A model generated the notes under the pieces. The model did not search any database. It was given only the letters and a program-made list of their open reading frames with translations, and had not been told where the DNA came from. This document shows, piece after piece, positions 27,591-40,790 of a DNA stretch of 64,000 nt (its first letter is position 1; each line of letters begins with the position of its first letter). Both the position numbers and the translations under genes were made by a program. Source of the DNA: the human T2T-CHM13v2.0 reference genome, Homo sapiens. The DNA lies in assembly GCF_009914755.1 (NCBI RefSeq), contig NC_060935.1; one strand, 5' to 3'.

Positions 27591-30443
27591 TTCTCTATTC
27601 TGCTCTCATCACTATGAATACCTTACTCTTGTTTACCTTGGACTTAATTTATTGTTCCTTTTCTAAATTCTTAAGTTGTTAACTTAGATAATTGATTTTA
27701 CAACTTTACTCTTTTCTAATATAGGCATTTAAAGTATAAATTTTTCTCTGTTTTCTCTTTGGCTACATCTCACAACTTTTGCTATATGTACTTTTCAATC
27801 AGTTTGAAATATTTTCTGACTTCCTCTGTGATTTCTTAGTTGATCCATGGGTTATTGAGATGTATTTAGTTTAGTTTCCAATTATTTAACTCTTTTCATG
27901 CTACCTTATTGTTATTGTTTTCCAATTTAATTCTGTATTGGTAAGAGACTATGACCCTGCACACATACTAAAAAAAAAAAAAAATCTCCTGCCCCTGCTC
28001 CCCATGCCTTTCTAAACCCCCATGTGACATTAGCAATAAGCCCAAAGTTCCCTCACCCAAAGGATGAGAAGGCTCCCTCATACTGCCTATTAGAACAAAA
28101 CTCATTCTCTACACTTTATACTTCCACAGAGGAAGGCTCTTCTTCCTCTCCCCACAAGGGGGACATATGGGAGTGAATACTTCTCTCTTCTCTCCGGTTT
28201 CTTCTCTCCTTTGCTTGCTTTTCCATATGGGAAGAAGGGTCACTAATACAATTGGGCAGAGATCATTGGGAGCAATGGATGCAATGGATGGGGTTATTGT
28301 GTTTCAAAAGTACAAAACATGTTCTGATCTGTTTCACTGCCTGCCTCATGGATATGTAAGGATGGTAGTAAACACTCTCTTTTTTTGTATTTAAATACCA
28401 TAGCCTAACCTGCATAAGAGCCTGTGACCTGCTTTTTAGAGAGAAACCTGGAAAACAGCCACTCACTGTTTTGCATTTTATATTCCGCTAAGGTTCCATT
28501 TATGAGATTTTGCGATGTCTTTCAGATGGCTGGATAATTGTGCTTGGAGTCGAATTTTCAAATTAAATTGCCTCATGTCCAGGTGGAATAAGGTAGTAGG
28601 AAGAGGTGCAAAGATTTAGAATTAAGAGTCTCTCCTCTATCCTCTGGTTCCACTTGTATTTTCTAATTATGACTTACCAGAGAACCCTGCATTAAAGACA
28701 TTTTTAAACAAACAAAAACTGCAAACCTTTACAAGAGGGAATTCTAAAAGATATACTTCAGGCAAAAGAATACATATCCCACTTGGAAGATCTGAGATGA
28801 AAAACGTATACTTTTTAGGCTGTAGGTTGGTCTGTTACAACAAAGATTACCAAAAAAATGGTGGTTTAACCCAGATACAGGTTTATTTCTGTTTCAGGTT
28901 CAAGTCATGGTTGGTGGCCCAGACAGTGTCAGGAACACAGCTCTTCTGTATTGTTACTCTTCCATCTTCAGTTCACATTTCTGTCTTGTGATCCAAGAAA
29001 GCTGCCTGAGATGAAGCTTAGACTCTCTAGGATTAAGAGAGTTTGTTACAATAGATGTAATACATCATACCCTGATTTTCTCTAGGACAATTTACCAGAG
29101 TTTAAGCCCTAGACTGGGAATGAAGCTGATTAGAATGTGCAATTCCTCCTGCAATAAAAACAGCTCATACCAGTCCTCCCTAATTCATCTACTTGCAACG
29201 GCCAAGTTAAAGGCCTGATACTAAGCCTCTCAGACAGAGTACTAGTTATTATGAGTAAAATTTACTAAGAAAAGAAAAACTAGAAAAAACAACTATTAAC
29301 TCTACCCCTCCTACCAATATGAAATCCCAAAATAAATCTTATCTCCCGAGCATCTTACATCAAAGTAGCAATGACTTGACTTCTTCCATGACTAAACAAA
29401 ATGTGTTACCTTCTAGGAACAAAAATAATTAGGCCAGATCTCAGGGCAACATCAACAAACAGGTTGCAATATATCAATTGTAGCAGTCATCTTTTAAGTT
29501 TTCACCCAGTTCCTATTAACAGAAATAGAAGATCTAATTGACACCACTCCACATGCCCTATTTCCAAAAGAGAAACCCATTTTTAAGTGTCCATAACTGC
29601 TACTATACTTATTGCTTTATTTATTATAGCTATGTTTACCAACACCGGGATCTAGCACATTTTGTAGTTATTAGATGCTAATAATTATATGGTTACTTTT
29701 GGGTTTTTTAATGAATATTTATAAAACAAACATATACGCAGTACTTGGTCTTATTCCTTCTTTATCCAAAGCATGAATATAAATAAGTTGAAAATACAAA
29801 GAGATATCTTTTAAAATAAATTTCCTAGACACATATAGATTTCTTCCTTGAAAATAGAAATTATATTTTATTATTCCTAGAGCCTATTACCATAACTTCT
29901 CCACTTATGTTTGTTTTAAATAAATAAGTAATACCCATATTGCAATAAATGCTGTTTTCTTACACTGCGACCTTCTCAGCTGCTTTGAAGAGACCCTATT
30001 GGTAAACAGGAGCCAATGATCTGGGGATCCCAGCACTAACTTAGAGGTTTTGAAGAAACTCTAAACCTAAAACCAACCAAAGGGTGGGACTTTACAATTC
30101 CAGACAGTGTTGCATGGCCTACCATTGGGCAAAGGCGAGAAAGATGACACATTCAGAGCTGTCATCTATTTCTCCTATCCCCAAGTCCTACTGACACAAG
30201 GAGTAGAGAAATGTTGAAATCAAGAGCAAAAGAAAAAATGGCAAAAATATTCACAAATCCAGATATCCAGGTACATCCCAATAAGCCAAGTATCTGTGGG
30301 TGTTCTTTAGCATGGCACTAGTAAGACTAGAAGGAATACTCACTGCAAAATGGTCTGTATTCATGTAATCTACACCAGTCACAGGCTCCTGGCTGTGGTC
30401 CGCAGAAGAAGCCTCCGAAGGAAACAATGAGAATATGTTCAGA

Positions 30444-31433
30444 TCAATCCTTTTGTGTAAACACTCTGAGCACTCGCTGGCGGATCTGCTGAGTCTTCAC
30501 TCCATAGACAAGAGGATTGAGCGCAGGTGGCATGAGGAGATACCGTGTGGCCAGAAGAACATGGACATGATGGGGTACATGATGACCAAAGCGGTGAGTG
30601 AGGAAGGAGAAAATTCCAGGGACATAGAAGACCAGGATGACACAAATATGAGAGCCACATGTGCTAAACGCCTTAAGTCGGGCCTCACTCCCTGGTACCT
30701 TCAGCACTGCCTGGAGGATGTGGGCATAGGAAACACCAATGGCCAGAACATCCAGCCCAATCACAAGCAAGGCCATAGTCAGCCCATAAGCTCGATTGAC
30801 TGTGGTTTCTGAGCAGGCAAGTTTCACAACAGCCATATGTTCACAATAGGCATGGCCTATGATGGTGGCTTGGCAGAAGATAAGTGTTCCCAACAAAATG
30901 GGGAAGGGGATAAGGAGTAGTAATCCCCTCACCAGCACCACCATTCCGATGCGCCCTATGACCCCTGGATGCAGGATTGTGGAATGGTGCAAGGGGTGAC
31001 AAATGGCTACATAGCGATCCAGAGCCATGGCCACAAGTACCCCTGACTCCATGGAGGAGAATGCATGGATGAAGAACATCTGGATCAGGCAGACGATGTA
31101 CCCAATCTCGTGGGCATGAACCAGGAGCACTGCAAGGGCTTTGGGTGCAGTGGAGGAGGCCAGAACCAGGTCGATGGCAGCTAGCATGGACAGGAAGAGG
31201 TACATAGATTGGTGCAAGGATGGGTCCATCCAGATGATGAAGAGAATGGTAACATTGCCCACTAAAGCAAGGAGGTAAAGGATGCCCAGGGGCAGTGCAA
31301 TCCAGTGCTGGCTTTCCTCTAAACCTGGAATCCCTACCAGGAGAAAAGAAGGCTGGGATAGCCTCCAGCTTGAATTGCTAAGGAGCATTATCAATGGCTT
31401 GGAGAGGAAAGAGAAAAAAGAAACCAAAGTCAT
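30444..31433 (-). CDS. OR52L1: Olfactory receptor family 52 subfamily L member 1 (329 aa; homology-based start may be Met16 at 31388, 314 aa)
   Basis: Family-52 motifs FLLVGIPGLE, LHQSMYLFL, MALDRYVAICHPL, HAYCEHMAVVKLAC, KAFSTCGSH, PPALNPLVYG; intact frame. Confidence 0.95.
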   Translation of the reverse strand: MTLVSFFSFLSKPLIMLLSNSSWRLSQPSFLLVGIPGLEESQHWIALPLGILYLLALVGNVTILFIIWMDPSLHQSMYLFLSMLAAIDLVLASSTAPKALAVLLVHAHEIGYIVCLIQMFFIHAFSSMESGVLVAMALDRYVAICHPLHHSTILHPGVIGRIGMVVLVRGLLLLIPFPILLGTLIFCQATIIGHAYCEHMAVVKLACSETTVNRAYGLTMALLVIGLDVLAIGVSYAHILQAVLKVPGSEARLKAFSTCGSHICVILVFYVPGIFSFLTHRFGHHVPHHVHVLLATRYLLMPPALNPLVYGVKTQQIRQRVLRVFTQKD

Positions 31434-33892
31434 GATTTCTGCATTCCTGCTACATTATCACATTGTCCAAATGGGGCAACCATCATCCTGAGAAGAATAA
31501 AGTGACTTCAACTGCAAACGAAGGGAATAAAGTTAGCTACAGGGAAGAAAATCTCCTTTGGTGGAGATAATTCTTTTACAAGTGAGACATCCACATGTCT
31601 GAATTAATACAAGCTTAGTTTTGTTTAGAGATAAGAGTAAACATAAGCTGCTTTTGGAGAGATGCTTAAACTCTACTATTCAGTTGCTTATATTTTGGAA
31701 CTGTCAACTTCAAAGAGTTATTTTTATTAGCCTCTTGGTATTACTGACCACTGTGAATCAATCTGTTGTTTTTGAAATTAGTCTTCCTCAGTTTCCATGA
31801 CATGGCACTCCAGAGTTGTTCCCCCTGTAGCCTTGGTCCCACCATTTTCTCTATCTCATTATGTCATTGATTCCAGGGATCCATCCTCTCCTGTATTCCC
31901 TATTCTGTGCATTATCTCTTAATTGACTTCATTTATTCCCATGGTTTTAACTGTTTATATACTTTTATTTCTTCCAAATTTATGTCTGTTTACCCAAATA
32001 TCCTTCTGAAATATAAATCCATTTTTCCATTTGCTTTATGAATATCTATACACCACATCCTCAACATATTCAACATTGGATTAATTCACCTATTTTTCCC
32101 AAATTTGTTCTACTTATGTTTTGGCAATAATTTTTAATTACATCCCTAGCTACCTACACAACCCAATCTAAAAACTTGGAACCTGTCTTTACTCATAATC
32201 CTCATCCCCTTTTATTCATTCACCAATTCATGTTGACTTTATGTTAACCCCTCTTATATCCACTCCTTCTTCTCAACCCCCAATATCACTACCTTAGTTT
32301 ACACCCAACTTCTCTCACCTGGACTATTTCATAACATCTTTCTGCCTTTGCCATAAACACCTTCCCAATTCACTCTCAACCCTGAAGTCATGGGTTTTTT
32401 TTCTAAAATGCAGATCTCATCATATCACTCCTAAGATTAAAATCCTTTGGTGAATTTATTGCATGGAATAAAATCATACTTTGAGACTGGCATAAAAGAT
32501 TATCAAAAGTTATCTTTTTTGCATTACTTTTGTCTTACAGTTGATATATTTCTACATATGTTTTACTAACCATCCCTGCATTCTTGGAGTTACATGTACA
32601 CACCAAGCTTACCTATGCCTTTTGTGTAGTCTGTCTCCAAATTCCTTTATCTGAATTGGTCCTTCAAAATTCAAAGTCCACTGTCACCCCTCAAAAGGAC
32701 TCATTGCCTATGTCAGATGAATATTGATTATGTTCAGAGCACTTTATAATCTTCCTTTATTCATCCATAACTTTCTGACTTATCTCTAGAAATTCTATCA
32801 GTGTCTTAATGGTTTGTTTTTTTAAAGAAACATATCTTATTATACTTTATAATTATAACATAGCATGGTGAACATTTCACAATGTAGTGAGATAAATAAA
32901 AGCAATGGAGGAAAACAGACTTAGTTTAAATTTTGTCCATTTCATATTCTAGGAATAAAACCTTGGCAGGATACTAAAACTCTCTCAGTCTTGATTTCCT
33001 TATTTTATAACTAACATCAATCTTACAGGTTTATTGTAAACATTAATTAAGTAATATATGTAAAGTCTTGATATCTAGATTAGTCTACAAATTATAGTTA
33101 TAATTATTTTAATATTAGCAATAGAAGATGACTGAGAATTAGACCACAGGCTTCTTTCTTTTCTTCTTTGTCTCCATGACTCTGCTTCTCTTTTTCAAAC
33201 TTTTGATATGTTTACCTCTCATCATGATATTATAACAAACAATTCAGTGTCTTTGACAACCGCATGTTAACATGAAGTATCAACTTTGTCCATGGGATTC
33301 ACCCTTGAAATTTACTAAAAGAAAAAACTTGAAACTGGATATGTGTATGTAGGTATGTTTGTCTTAAAGGACAGGCGTAGTCTGAAATAACTGTATTTTT
33401 CTCTGTTGGAGTGGTGGTGCACATGTGCGTGTAAAGATTAAAAAGTCAAGAATGACTTAGTTCTTGTGGATAATGCATCCATAGATTACTCAGAGCTCTT
33501 TTTGTACAAATTAATGATGACAATCATATTGCCCTAAAACTCTGAATATGATAGCTATAAAGTCTGAAATGCCACGTGGGCATATATCTCCCAAGTTTCT
33601 CTGTTTTTCTTCTAGAATCAACTTGAAATAACAATGACATTTTTATTGAGACATCCAGGGGAATCTCATAATCTTACAAAAATTCACCTCTCAGTGCTTA
33701 ACATTCCACATAGAGAGAAAGTCCATTGTCTTTTTTGCCTACCTCCTTCTGTTGCACGCTTCAGCCCATTTCTCATTTTTTAGCTAAGGAGTCAGAGAAC
33801 AGCTGTGCATTTGTGGAAGGCACTCAAGACTTGAATAGTAGCAGTGTGAGCAGAGCAGTGAGGCTAAAACCAAACTAGCCCTGGGGCTGCTG

Positions 33893-33986
33893 AAATAAGT
33901 AAATAAATAAGTAGAGAAGTAAATAAAGTAAATAAAGTAAGAAGTAAGTAAATAAAGCAGAGAAGTAAATTAAGTAAACAAATAAG
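33893..33986. repeat. Degenerate (AAGTAAATAA)-type A-rich tandem repeat
   Basis: Repeated aagtaaataa / agaagtaaat units. Confidence 0.75.
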
Positions 33987-36559
33987 CGGAAAAGCAGAGA
34001 CACATGTAACTGAGTATAACCGGCTTCTACTTTGTGTTGCTTGGCTCGTAAGCCTAGGGTAAAAGTCTGCAAGTGCTTAGTAAATGTTAATTTTTTAACT
34101 TATTTTAATTTAATTTCTGACTCAGAGTAGGGGAGGGTGGGAGGTGGATAAGGCATAAAAAAATCCCATATTGGGCACAATGTACACTATTCAGATAATA
34201 GGTACACTAAAAAGCCCAGACTTCATCACTATACAATTCATCCATGTAACCAAAACCACTTATACTCTTAAAGCTCTTGAATTTTTTAAATAAATTGCAA
34301 TTAATTGTTATTAAAGTAAACAGGAGGTCCCGCTATGATTCTTAGAGGAAAAGCAGAAAGGACTTTATTCCCAGGAACCTAAAGGCAAAGCTGTATTTAG
34401 TTATTCAACTACAAAGCAGAGGACAATTACCAAAGAGTAGATGTTGTTCAATTGGTACTTATTCATCTAATTCAACCCAAGCAACCTTTCTTTTGTGAAG
34501 TTGTGCTCAAATTCTGTAAGGTAGTATGACATGTCTCCTTTTCTTTCCTATTGTAATGCCTTTACCACTTTGTCCCTGCATTAAGACCTCACACTCTAAG
34601 CCAGGCATCATGTCAGTCTTTAAAGAGCAGGGACTCTGCATTACTTATTTCAGCAGCCCCAGAGCAAGCTCCAGGAGCATCCGGAATCTAGTGAGTAATC
34701 AGTAATGTTGGCTGAATAAGTAAACACTCATATTATTAGATTAAAAAATAAATAAGTGCACTAGTGTCTTAAAAGACTGAGAATCACAGGAAGGTGATAA
34801 GGCAGAGGCTAAATTTAAGCATAGGAATCATGTAGCAAACAGTGGCGTGTCTTTTGAGGGTGTCACTGATTGAGCCTCGATATTCCTCACCTTAAGTGAT
34901 GCTCTGGGTGCTTCATGGCAGAAAGAGATCTGCTGAATCTCTGCCATAAGAGAAGATGGTGAAATCCTGGATGTGTTCAGAAATAAGAGGGTTTCTTTGG
35001 TCCCTAGTAATCACTCTGCACTGCTTCTAGCAGGAAGAGAGGCTCCATCTATGGGATATAATCTATCCCTCTCTCCTCAATCTCCTTCTTAACAGTGGCC
35101 TGATCTCTATGATAATAGGGTAAAAAAGAAGAGGCAAGAACTTACAGAAACAGTAGGGGAGGGAGGGCACAGAAAGAGTGGGTCCATGACAATGACCTAA
35201 TAAAAGACGAAGATACAAAAATCAAACATTAAGAGGCAGAGCTCCACTCACAACATGGATAATAAAGTAAGCCTGGCACAGGGCACTGTCCTTCTGGTCT
35301 CTGGGCTGTCTTTGATGATGTGCCCTTTAAAGACTCAGGTCAGCCTGGAGGGAGACTGCAACACAGAGAGAACTAGGAAAGGGAGAAAATTCTCAGACTC
35401 TGGAAGGTCTGGGAATTTTCATGAAGAGTTTTCTGGAAAATTCAAGAAGGTTCCACTACAGCCCTCCCTGCTTAGCCCCAGGAACTCCCTAAGTCTCCAG
35501 TTCAATCTCCATGATGAAATTCTGCCCTAGCTTGTGGGGAACAATGATGAAGAGGATTTTCTATTCAGAATGGCTGCACAGCAGTCTCTGAATATCAAAG
35601 AGGACATCAAATGCATCCCTCAAGGTCTATGCAGCTAAAATTTTCCAAAGATATGAAACATGAGTACTAGCTCTGGCAAGACTTGAGTAAAGGTAGCAAA
35701 TCAGCTGTATCTACATACGCAATACATATGGTGAGGATGCCACCTAGGACCATGCCAAATGGCCCTGTGAATGCCTCAGGCTGACCATGAAGGGTTAAAG
35801 ACATTGGTAGGTGTCCACAGGCTCACAGGTTAGCTCTCAGCCCTCCCCTAATCATTTTCCATCTATATTCTTTTCTCTCCCTTTCCCCCACTGTCATAGA
35901 GTCCAGGCCACTGTTAACAAGGAGATTAAAGAGAGAGGGACAGGTCACATTTCATAGAAGAGCCTCCATGTCCACTAGCATCTAAATGGTAGAAGCCAGG
36001 AGGAGAAAGTTTGTTTGAGGAGTCAGGCCAGGAGAGAACAACTATTCTAACTCAGAGAAATAAGCTTAAGACTACTAAGAAGTGTCAGACCAGAGGTATT
36101 GGGAGAGCCACACTACACAAGCTGAGAAATAACCCCTGTCACAAGGGCTCTGAGAAGGGCAGAATTCAGCTGGCCATAGTCTTCCCCCAACTGTAAACCC
36201 AGAAACTGACCTCATTTTCCACTGCTGAATTCCTGTGCACCAACTTGTCACTGTTTCTGTCATCTTCATCTGAAAGGAAAGTTTATCCTTGATACTTTCC
36301 CAGGGCAGTGGTGGTGACTGTGAGCACCACTGGGCAAGCAGGATATTATTACCAATTGGCAGGTCCCAGAGGACTCATAGACAACCTGCACAAAGCCTAA
36401 GTTAGCCCCCAGATTGGCTGGAAAGGCACAGAGCTAAGGATACAGCCCACAGGGGTAGGTGATTGGACAGAGAGGCCAAGCAGGGAGTGGCTCCTGCACC
36501 TAACCACGTGGACCGTGTCTGTCCAATGTTGGTCATTACCTGTAAGCCTGTATGTCCTG

Positions 36560-37075
36560 ACAGTGTGCTAGGAAACCTCATGCAGTGAGCTGGGAAATTT
36601 CACACTGCTCTGTGAGCTCAGACTTCTCATTCTCACGGAACAATCTTGGACCCCAGTAAATTATTTAGTGGATGCTGTTGTTCAATGTGCTCATTCTTTC
36701 AGATGCTAGGAGTGTCGCCTGCTGGAAGTTCATAACTAAGTCACTCCCCTTTGGCCAAAGAGAGAGCCCTCACCATAGTTTACTTTTCCTTCTCCAACGC
36801 AGTTCACACCCAATGACTGCTGATATAAGAATACAAAATCTTGGCTCCCTTTCTTCAATCTTAAACAACACTGAAGAGTCATCCTAGCTTGAGAGGTCCC
36901 ACTGGGTTAGCTGAGTCATCTGAGAAAACTAGATCATAGTTTAATTTCTTCTTCTGCTTCATTTTGCTCCTCTCACTCCCTGACAATCATTGTTCTCCTG
37001 TATGTTTCTCAATAAACTTCCGGCATGCAAATCTCTGCTTCAGAGTGTGTTTCTGAAAAAAGACAAATGCTGCCT
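36560..37075 (+). mobile_element. Old ERVL-type solo LTR (LTR16-like)
   Basis: 3' end aataaacttccggcatgcaaatctctgcttcagagtgtgtttctg resembles the LTR16-family poly(A) region; boundaries approximate. Confidence 0.5.
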
Positions 37076-38159
37076 GCCTCAGGTGAGTTGAGCATTTTGC
37101 CTCTCCTCTGTAGGATTGTGACAAACCCAAGGGCCTCAACCCCCTTGCCATGGTGCATGTAGGACAAATAGGGCTTCTCCAACAGTCCATCCCAGGAAGT
37201 TCCCAATGAGATGGGCTGAGGCCTTCTCTATCTTATTTTTCCATCACCAAGCAGATCTTTTCCTTGGTCCCATCTGTTACCCAGTAACAAGCTTCCCACT
37301 GAAATAACAGAGCTTCTCCACTAGGTGGAGCGAAGCTTCCCACTCCACCTAGTAGCCACAATCTCCTTGGGAATAAATAAGCAGATGGTAGATTGGTAGA
37401 TTAGGTATCTACCAATTCCAGGTAGTCTATTAGATGTTCATAAATATCTATATGATAAAAAGGTTTTCACTAGTCATGGGATGACATATATTAAGTACAT
37501 AGGACCTTCCCAGTCTGGGAAGTTCGGGAAAGCCCTCCCTATTCAAGTTAGTGCCCATAAGAATTGGTTAAAAGTGAAGGGAGGTGTGGGGATAGGATGA
37601 GGATACAAACCTGTGAAGCAGGAGGAAAGGGACCTTGGTATTTTCAAAGACCTAAAAGGATTGTTAAAATTTGCGATTTTAGTACTCAGGAACTGAGCCT
37701 AGAGTTTAAGCAGGAACTGGAGCATGCTGGGTCTTTTAGGCCATGTCAAAAGGCCGTGGAGCACCATGAAGAATTTTAAGCAGAGGATTGAGACATGATC
37801 AAAATCTCATTAGCAAAATATCCTGTGAGAATGGATGAGAAGAAGTCAAGCGTAGATGGTGGGAGGCCTGTTAAAAAGCAAATGCAGCCATCTCTAGAAA
37901 GATGATACTCTTTCTTTAACACTCTGAGGAAGTCCACCCTCACCCATTTTTTTCATCAACAATGGCAGTTTTCCTAATGAGTGTTGGACCCTCCTAGACT
38001 CAGTTTTCCTCTCTTTTCTGAGAATGTAAAAACCTGTTTCTCAAAGGTGAGAATTAAATGTAAATATAAGAATGTATATAGGTTGGAAGATACAAATTGG
38101 CCCTTCCATTTTGCCTAATATAACTTTCCCTATACTCTATAGCAGCCCTATAATGACTA

Positions 38160-39890
38160 TAAGAGAAATATTAATATAATGCAAACCACATGTCATTTTA
38201 AATTTTTAGTAGCCATCTTTAAAAAGTAAAAGAAAACATGTAAAAATGAATTTAATATGTTATTTTACTCAGCATATCTAAAGTATTATCACTTTAACAT
38301 GTAACCAACATTTTTTTTAACTTCTGAACTTTTTATTGGCCTCCTGCTCCCTAAAGGGTACTCTGCCTCTGCTGGCTTAATGTCTCAGAACTTTGGTGTC
38401 ATTGGTCTCAGACACCACTTTGCTGTCCACTCTGTGGCGGGTGGTAGTCTTTTGAATGGTTCGCATGGAGTTGGGGGCTGTCCAAGGCAACAACCAAGAT
38501 TGAAATCTTTGCTGTCTTCCAGCAGGCTGCAGTAGGTGGTGATCTCAGCCTCCAGCTTGACCTTGATGTTCAGCAGGGCTTCCTACTCGTGGGCCTGGTG
38601 CTGCCTGTCTGCTTAGGTCTCTGCCAGCTCCGACTCCAGGTGCAGCAGGATCCCATTGAGCTGCTCCATCTGCAGGGCATAGCAGGCCTCCACCTCCCTC
38701 AGGCTGTTCTCTAAGCTGGCCTTCAGATTTCTCATCCAGTCCAGGTCTATCTCCAAAGACTGGACTGTACATCTCAGCTCCATGAGTGTCATCTCAGCAG
38801 CTCCGACCTTGGCGGACTGCATGTGACCACTGTGGTGCTCTCCTCAATCTGCTGAGACCAGTACTTGTCCAGCTTCTCTCTGTTCTTCCCAGCCAGCTCG
38901 TCGTATTGTTCCTGATGTCTGCCATGATCTTGGCATGGTCCTGAGATTTGGGGGCATCTGTCTCCATGGTCAACCCAGAGCTGGCAATCTGAGCTTGTAG
39001 GCCTTTTACTTCCTTTTCATGGTTCTTCATGAAGAGCAGCTCCTCCTTGAGAGCCTCGATCTCTGTCTCCAGCTGCAGCCGAGTGACATTGGTGTCATCA
39101 ATGACCTTGTGGAGCCCATGGATTTCGCTCTTCACAGACTGGCACATGGCCAGTTCTGTCTCATACTTGATTCTAAAGTCATCAGCAGCAAGACGGGCAT
39201 TGTCGATTTGCAGAATGATGCGGGCATTGTCCACAGTATTTGCGAAGATCTGAGCCCTCTGGTCCTCAAAGGTCTTGAAGTAATGTCCCCAGTCTACCTG
39301 GGGTCCCTTCCTCTCCAGGTGCTCCCGGATTTTGCTCTCCAGCTTCTAGTTCTCAGTCTCCAGGCTCCTCACTCTGTCCGGGTAGGAGGCCAGGCAGTCA
39401 TTCAGGCTTTGCATGGTCTCCTTCTCATTCTGGATGCCTCCCATTCCTGCCAGACCCCCGGCCATCCCTGCAGCCAGGCGCCCGGACCCCAAGCCACCTG
39501 GAAGCTGGTGGACCAGAACATGGAGATCCGGGAACCTGAGGCCCCGGCGCCTGCATAGACGCTGGCCGCACTGCTGACTGGCCGGGTGCCATAGCTGGGC
39601 GGCTGGACGCAGCCCAGGGACCGGTAGTTGGTGGAGAAGGTGGAGTGAGTGGTGAAACTCCTGCTGTGCAGGTAGGAGAGTGAGAGAACAGGACTCAGAC
39701 TTAGCTGACGACCACTTTAACATGTAACCAATATTTTAAAGTGTGGAAGAGCTATTTTGTATTATTCATTCTTTTTGCACTAAGTCTTCAAAATCAGATG
39801 TGCACTTTACACTTATAGCGTGTTGCAATTTGGACTGGCCACATCTCAAGGGTTCATATGGCTCTTAACTACTGTGTTGAACAGCAGAGG
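38160..39890. mobile_element. MER33 (hAT-Charlie) split in two by the KRT18 retrocopy
   Basis: Left half 38160-38310 (aatataatgcaaaccacatg...tagtagcca) and right half 39713-39890 (actaagtcttcaaaatc...aatttggactggccacat) are consecutive parts of the recalled MER33 consensus. Confidence 0.7.
38311..39712 (-). pseudogene. KRT18P58: Processed keratin 18 pseudogene (probably KRT18P58)
   Basis: Intronless KRT18 mRNA copy: [42 protein letters not shown]; start ATG changed to AGG (39660-39662), stops and frameshifts, AATAAA and poly(A) at 38311-38337, flanking TSD. The pseudogene number is from recollection of the locus. Confidence 0.9.
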
Positions 39891-40109
39891 TCTAGAGTTA
39901 TGGGAAACTAAACACACCTCCTTTTATTTTCCTTAGGATATAAATTTAATCTTGGTGATGGTCACATGGCACCATGACTCTTGAGTTGGACAGGATACAG
40001 GAACTTGTTTAGTTTGGTTCGATTTCTGGGTCAGCTCAAAATTACAGTTTTCATTGTCTTTTTCAATACTACCCATCAAGGTTCCTTTAAAGATTTCTTT
40101 TAGTATGTT

Positions 40110-40790
40110 TTTAATTGACAGATTAAATTTCATGTGTTTATTGTGTACAACATGTTTTAAAGTATATATACAATGTGGAATAGTTAAATCTAGCTAATTA
40201 GCATATACACTACCTCACATAACTATCATTTTTGTGGTGAGAACACCACCAAACGTTCACTATCTTTTCATTTTTCAAGAATACAATATGTCATCATTAA
40301 CTATAGTCACCACGCTGTGCAATAGATCTCTTGAACAGCCTCCTCTAATCTAACTGTAATTATTTATCTTTTGACCAACATCTCTCAATCCCTCCCTCCC
40401 ACCTACCAGACTCTGGTAACCACCATTCTACTCTCAAAGACTTTATAGAAAACTTTTTCATATTCTTCATTTGAGTGAGATCATGTGGTATTTGTCTTTT
40501 TGTCTTAATATTTCACTTAATATAGTGTCCTCCAGGCTCATCCATACTATAGCACATGACAGGATTTTGTTTCCCTATTAAATCAGTATGTCAAAGGGAT
40601 GTCTATACTCCCATGTTTATTGTGGCACTATTTGCAATAGCAACATATGGAGTCAACCTAATGTTATCAACAGATGAATGGGGAAAGAAAATTTGGTACA
40701 TGTAATATATACACATATATGTATGTGTGTATATATATGTGTGTGTATATATTACATGTACCAAATATTTTGTGGCTGAATAGTATAGCA
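40110..40790 (-). mobile_element. L1MA-like 3' fragment with an internal inverted piece
   Basis: Same L1MA-type 3' UTR as at 3010-3500; 40580-40715 is in the opposite orientation. Confidence 0.75.

Noticed and set aside
38794-39234. 146-aa keratin ORF
   Set aside because: Fragment of the processed pseudogene; non-ATG start, true ATG lost, frameshifted end.
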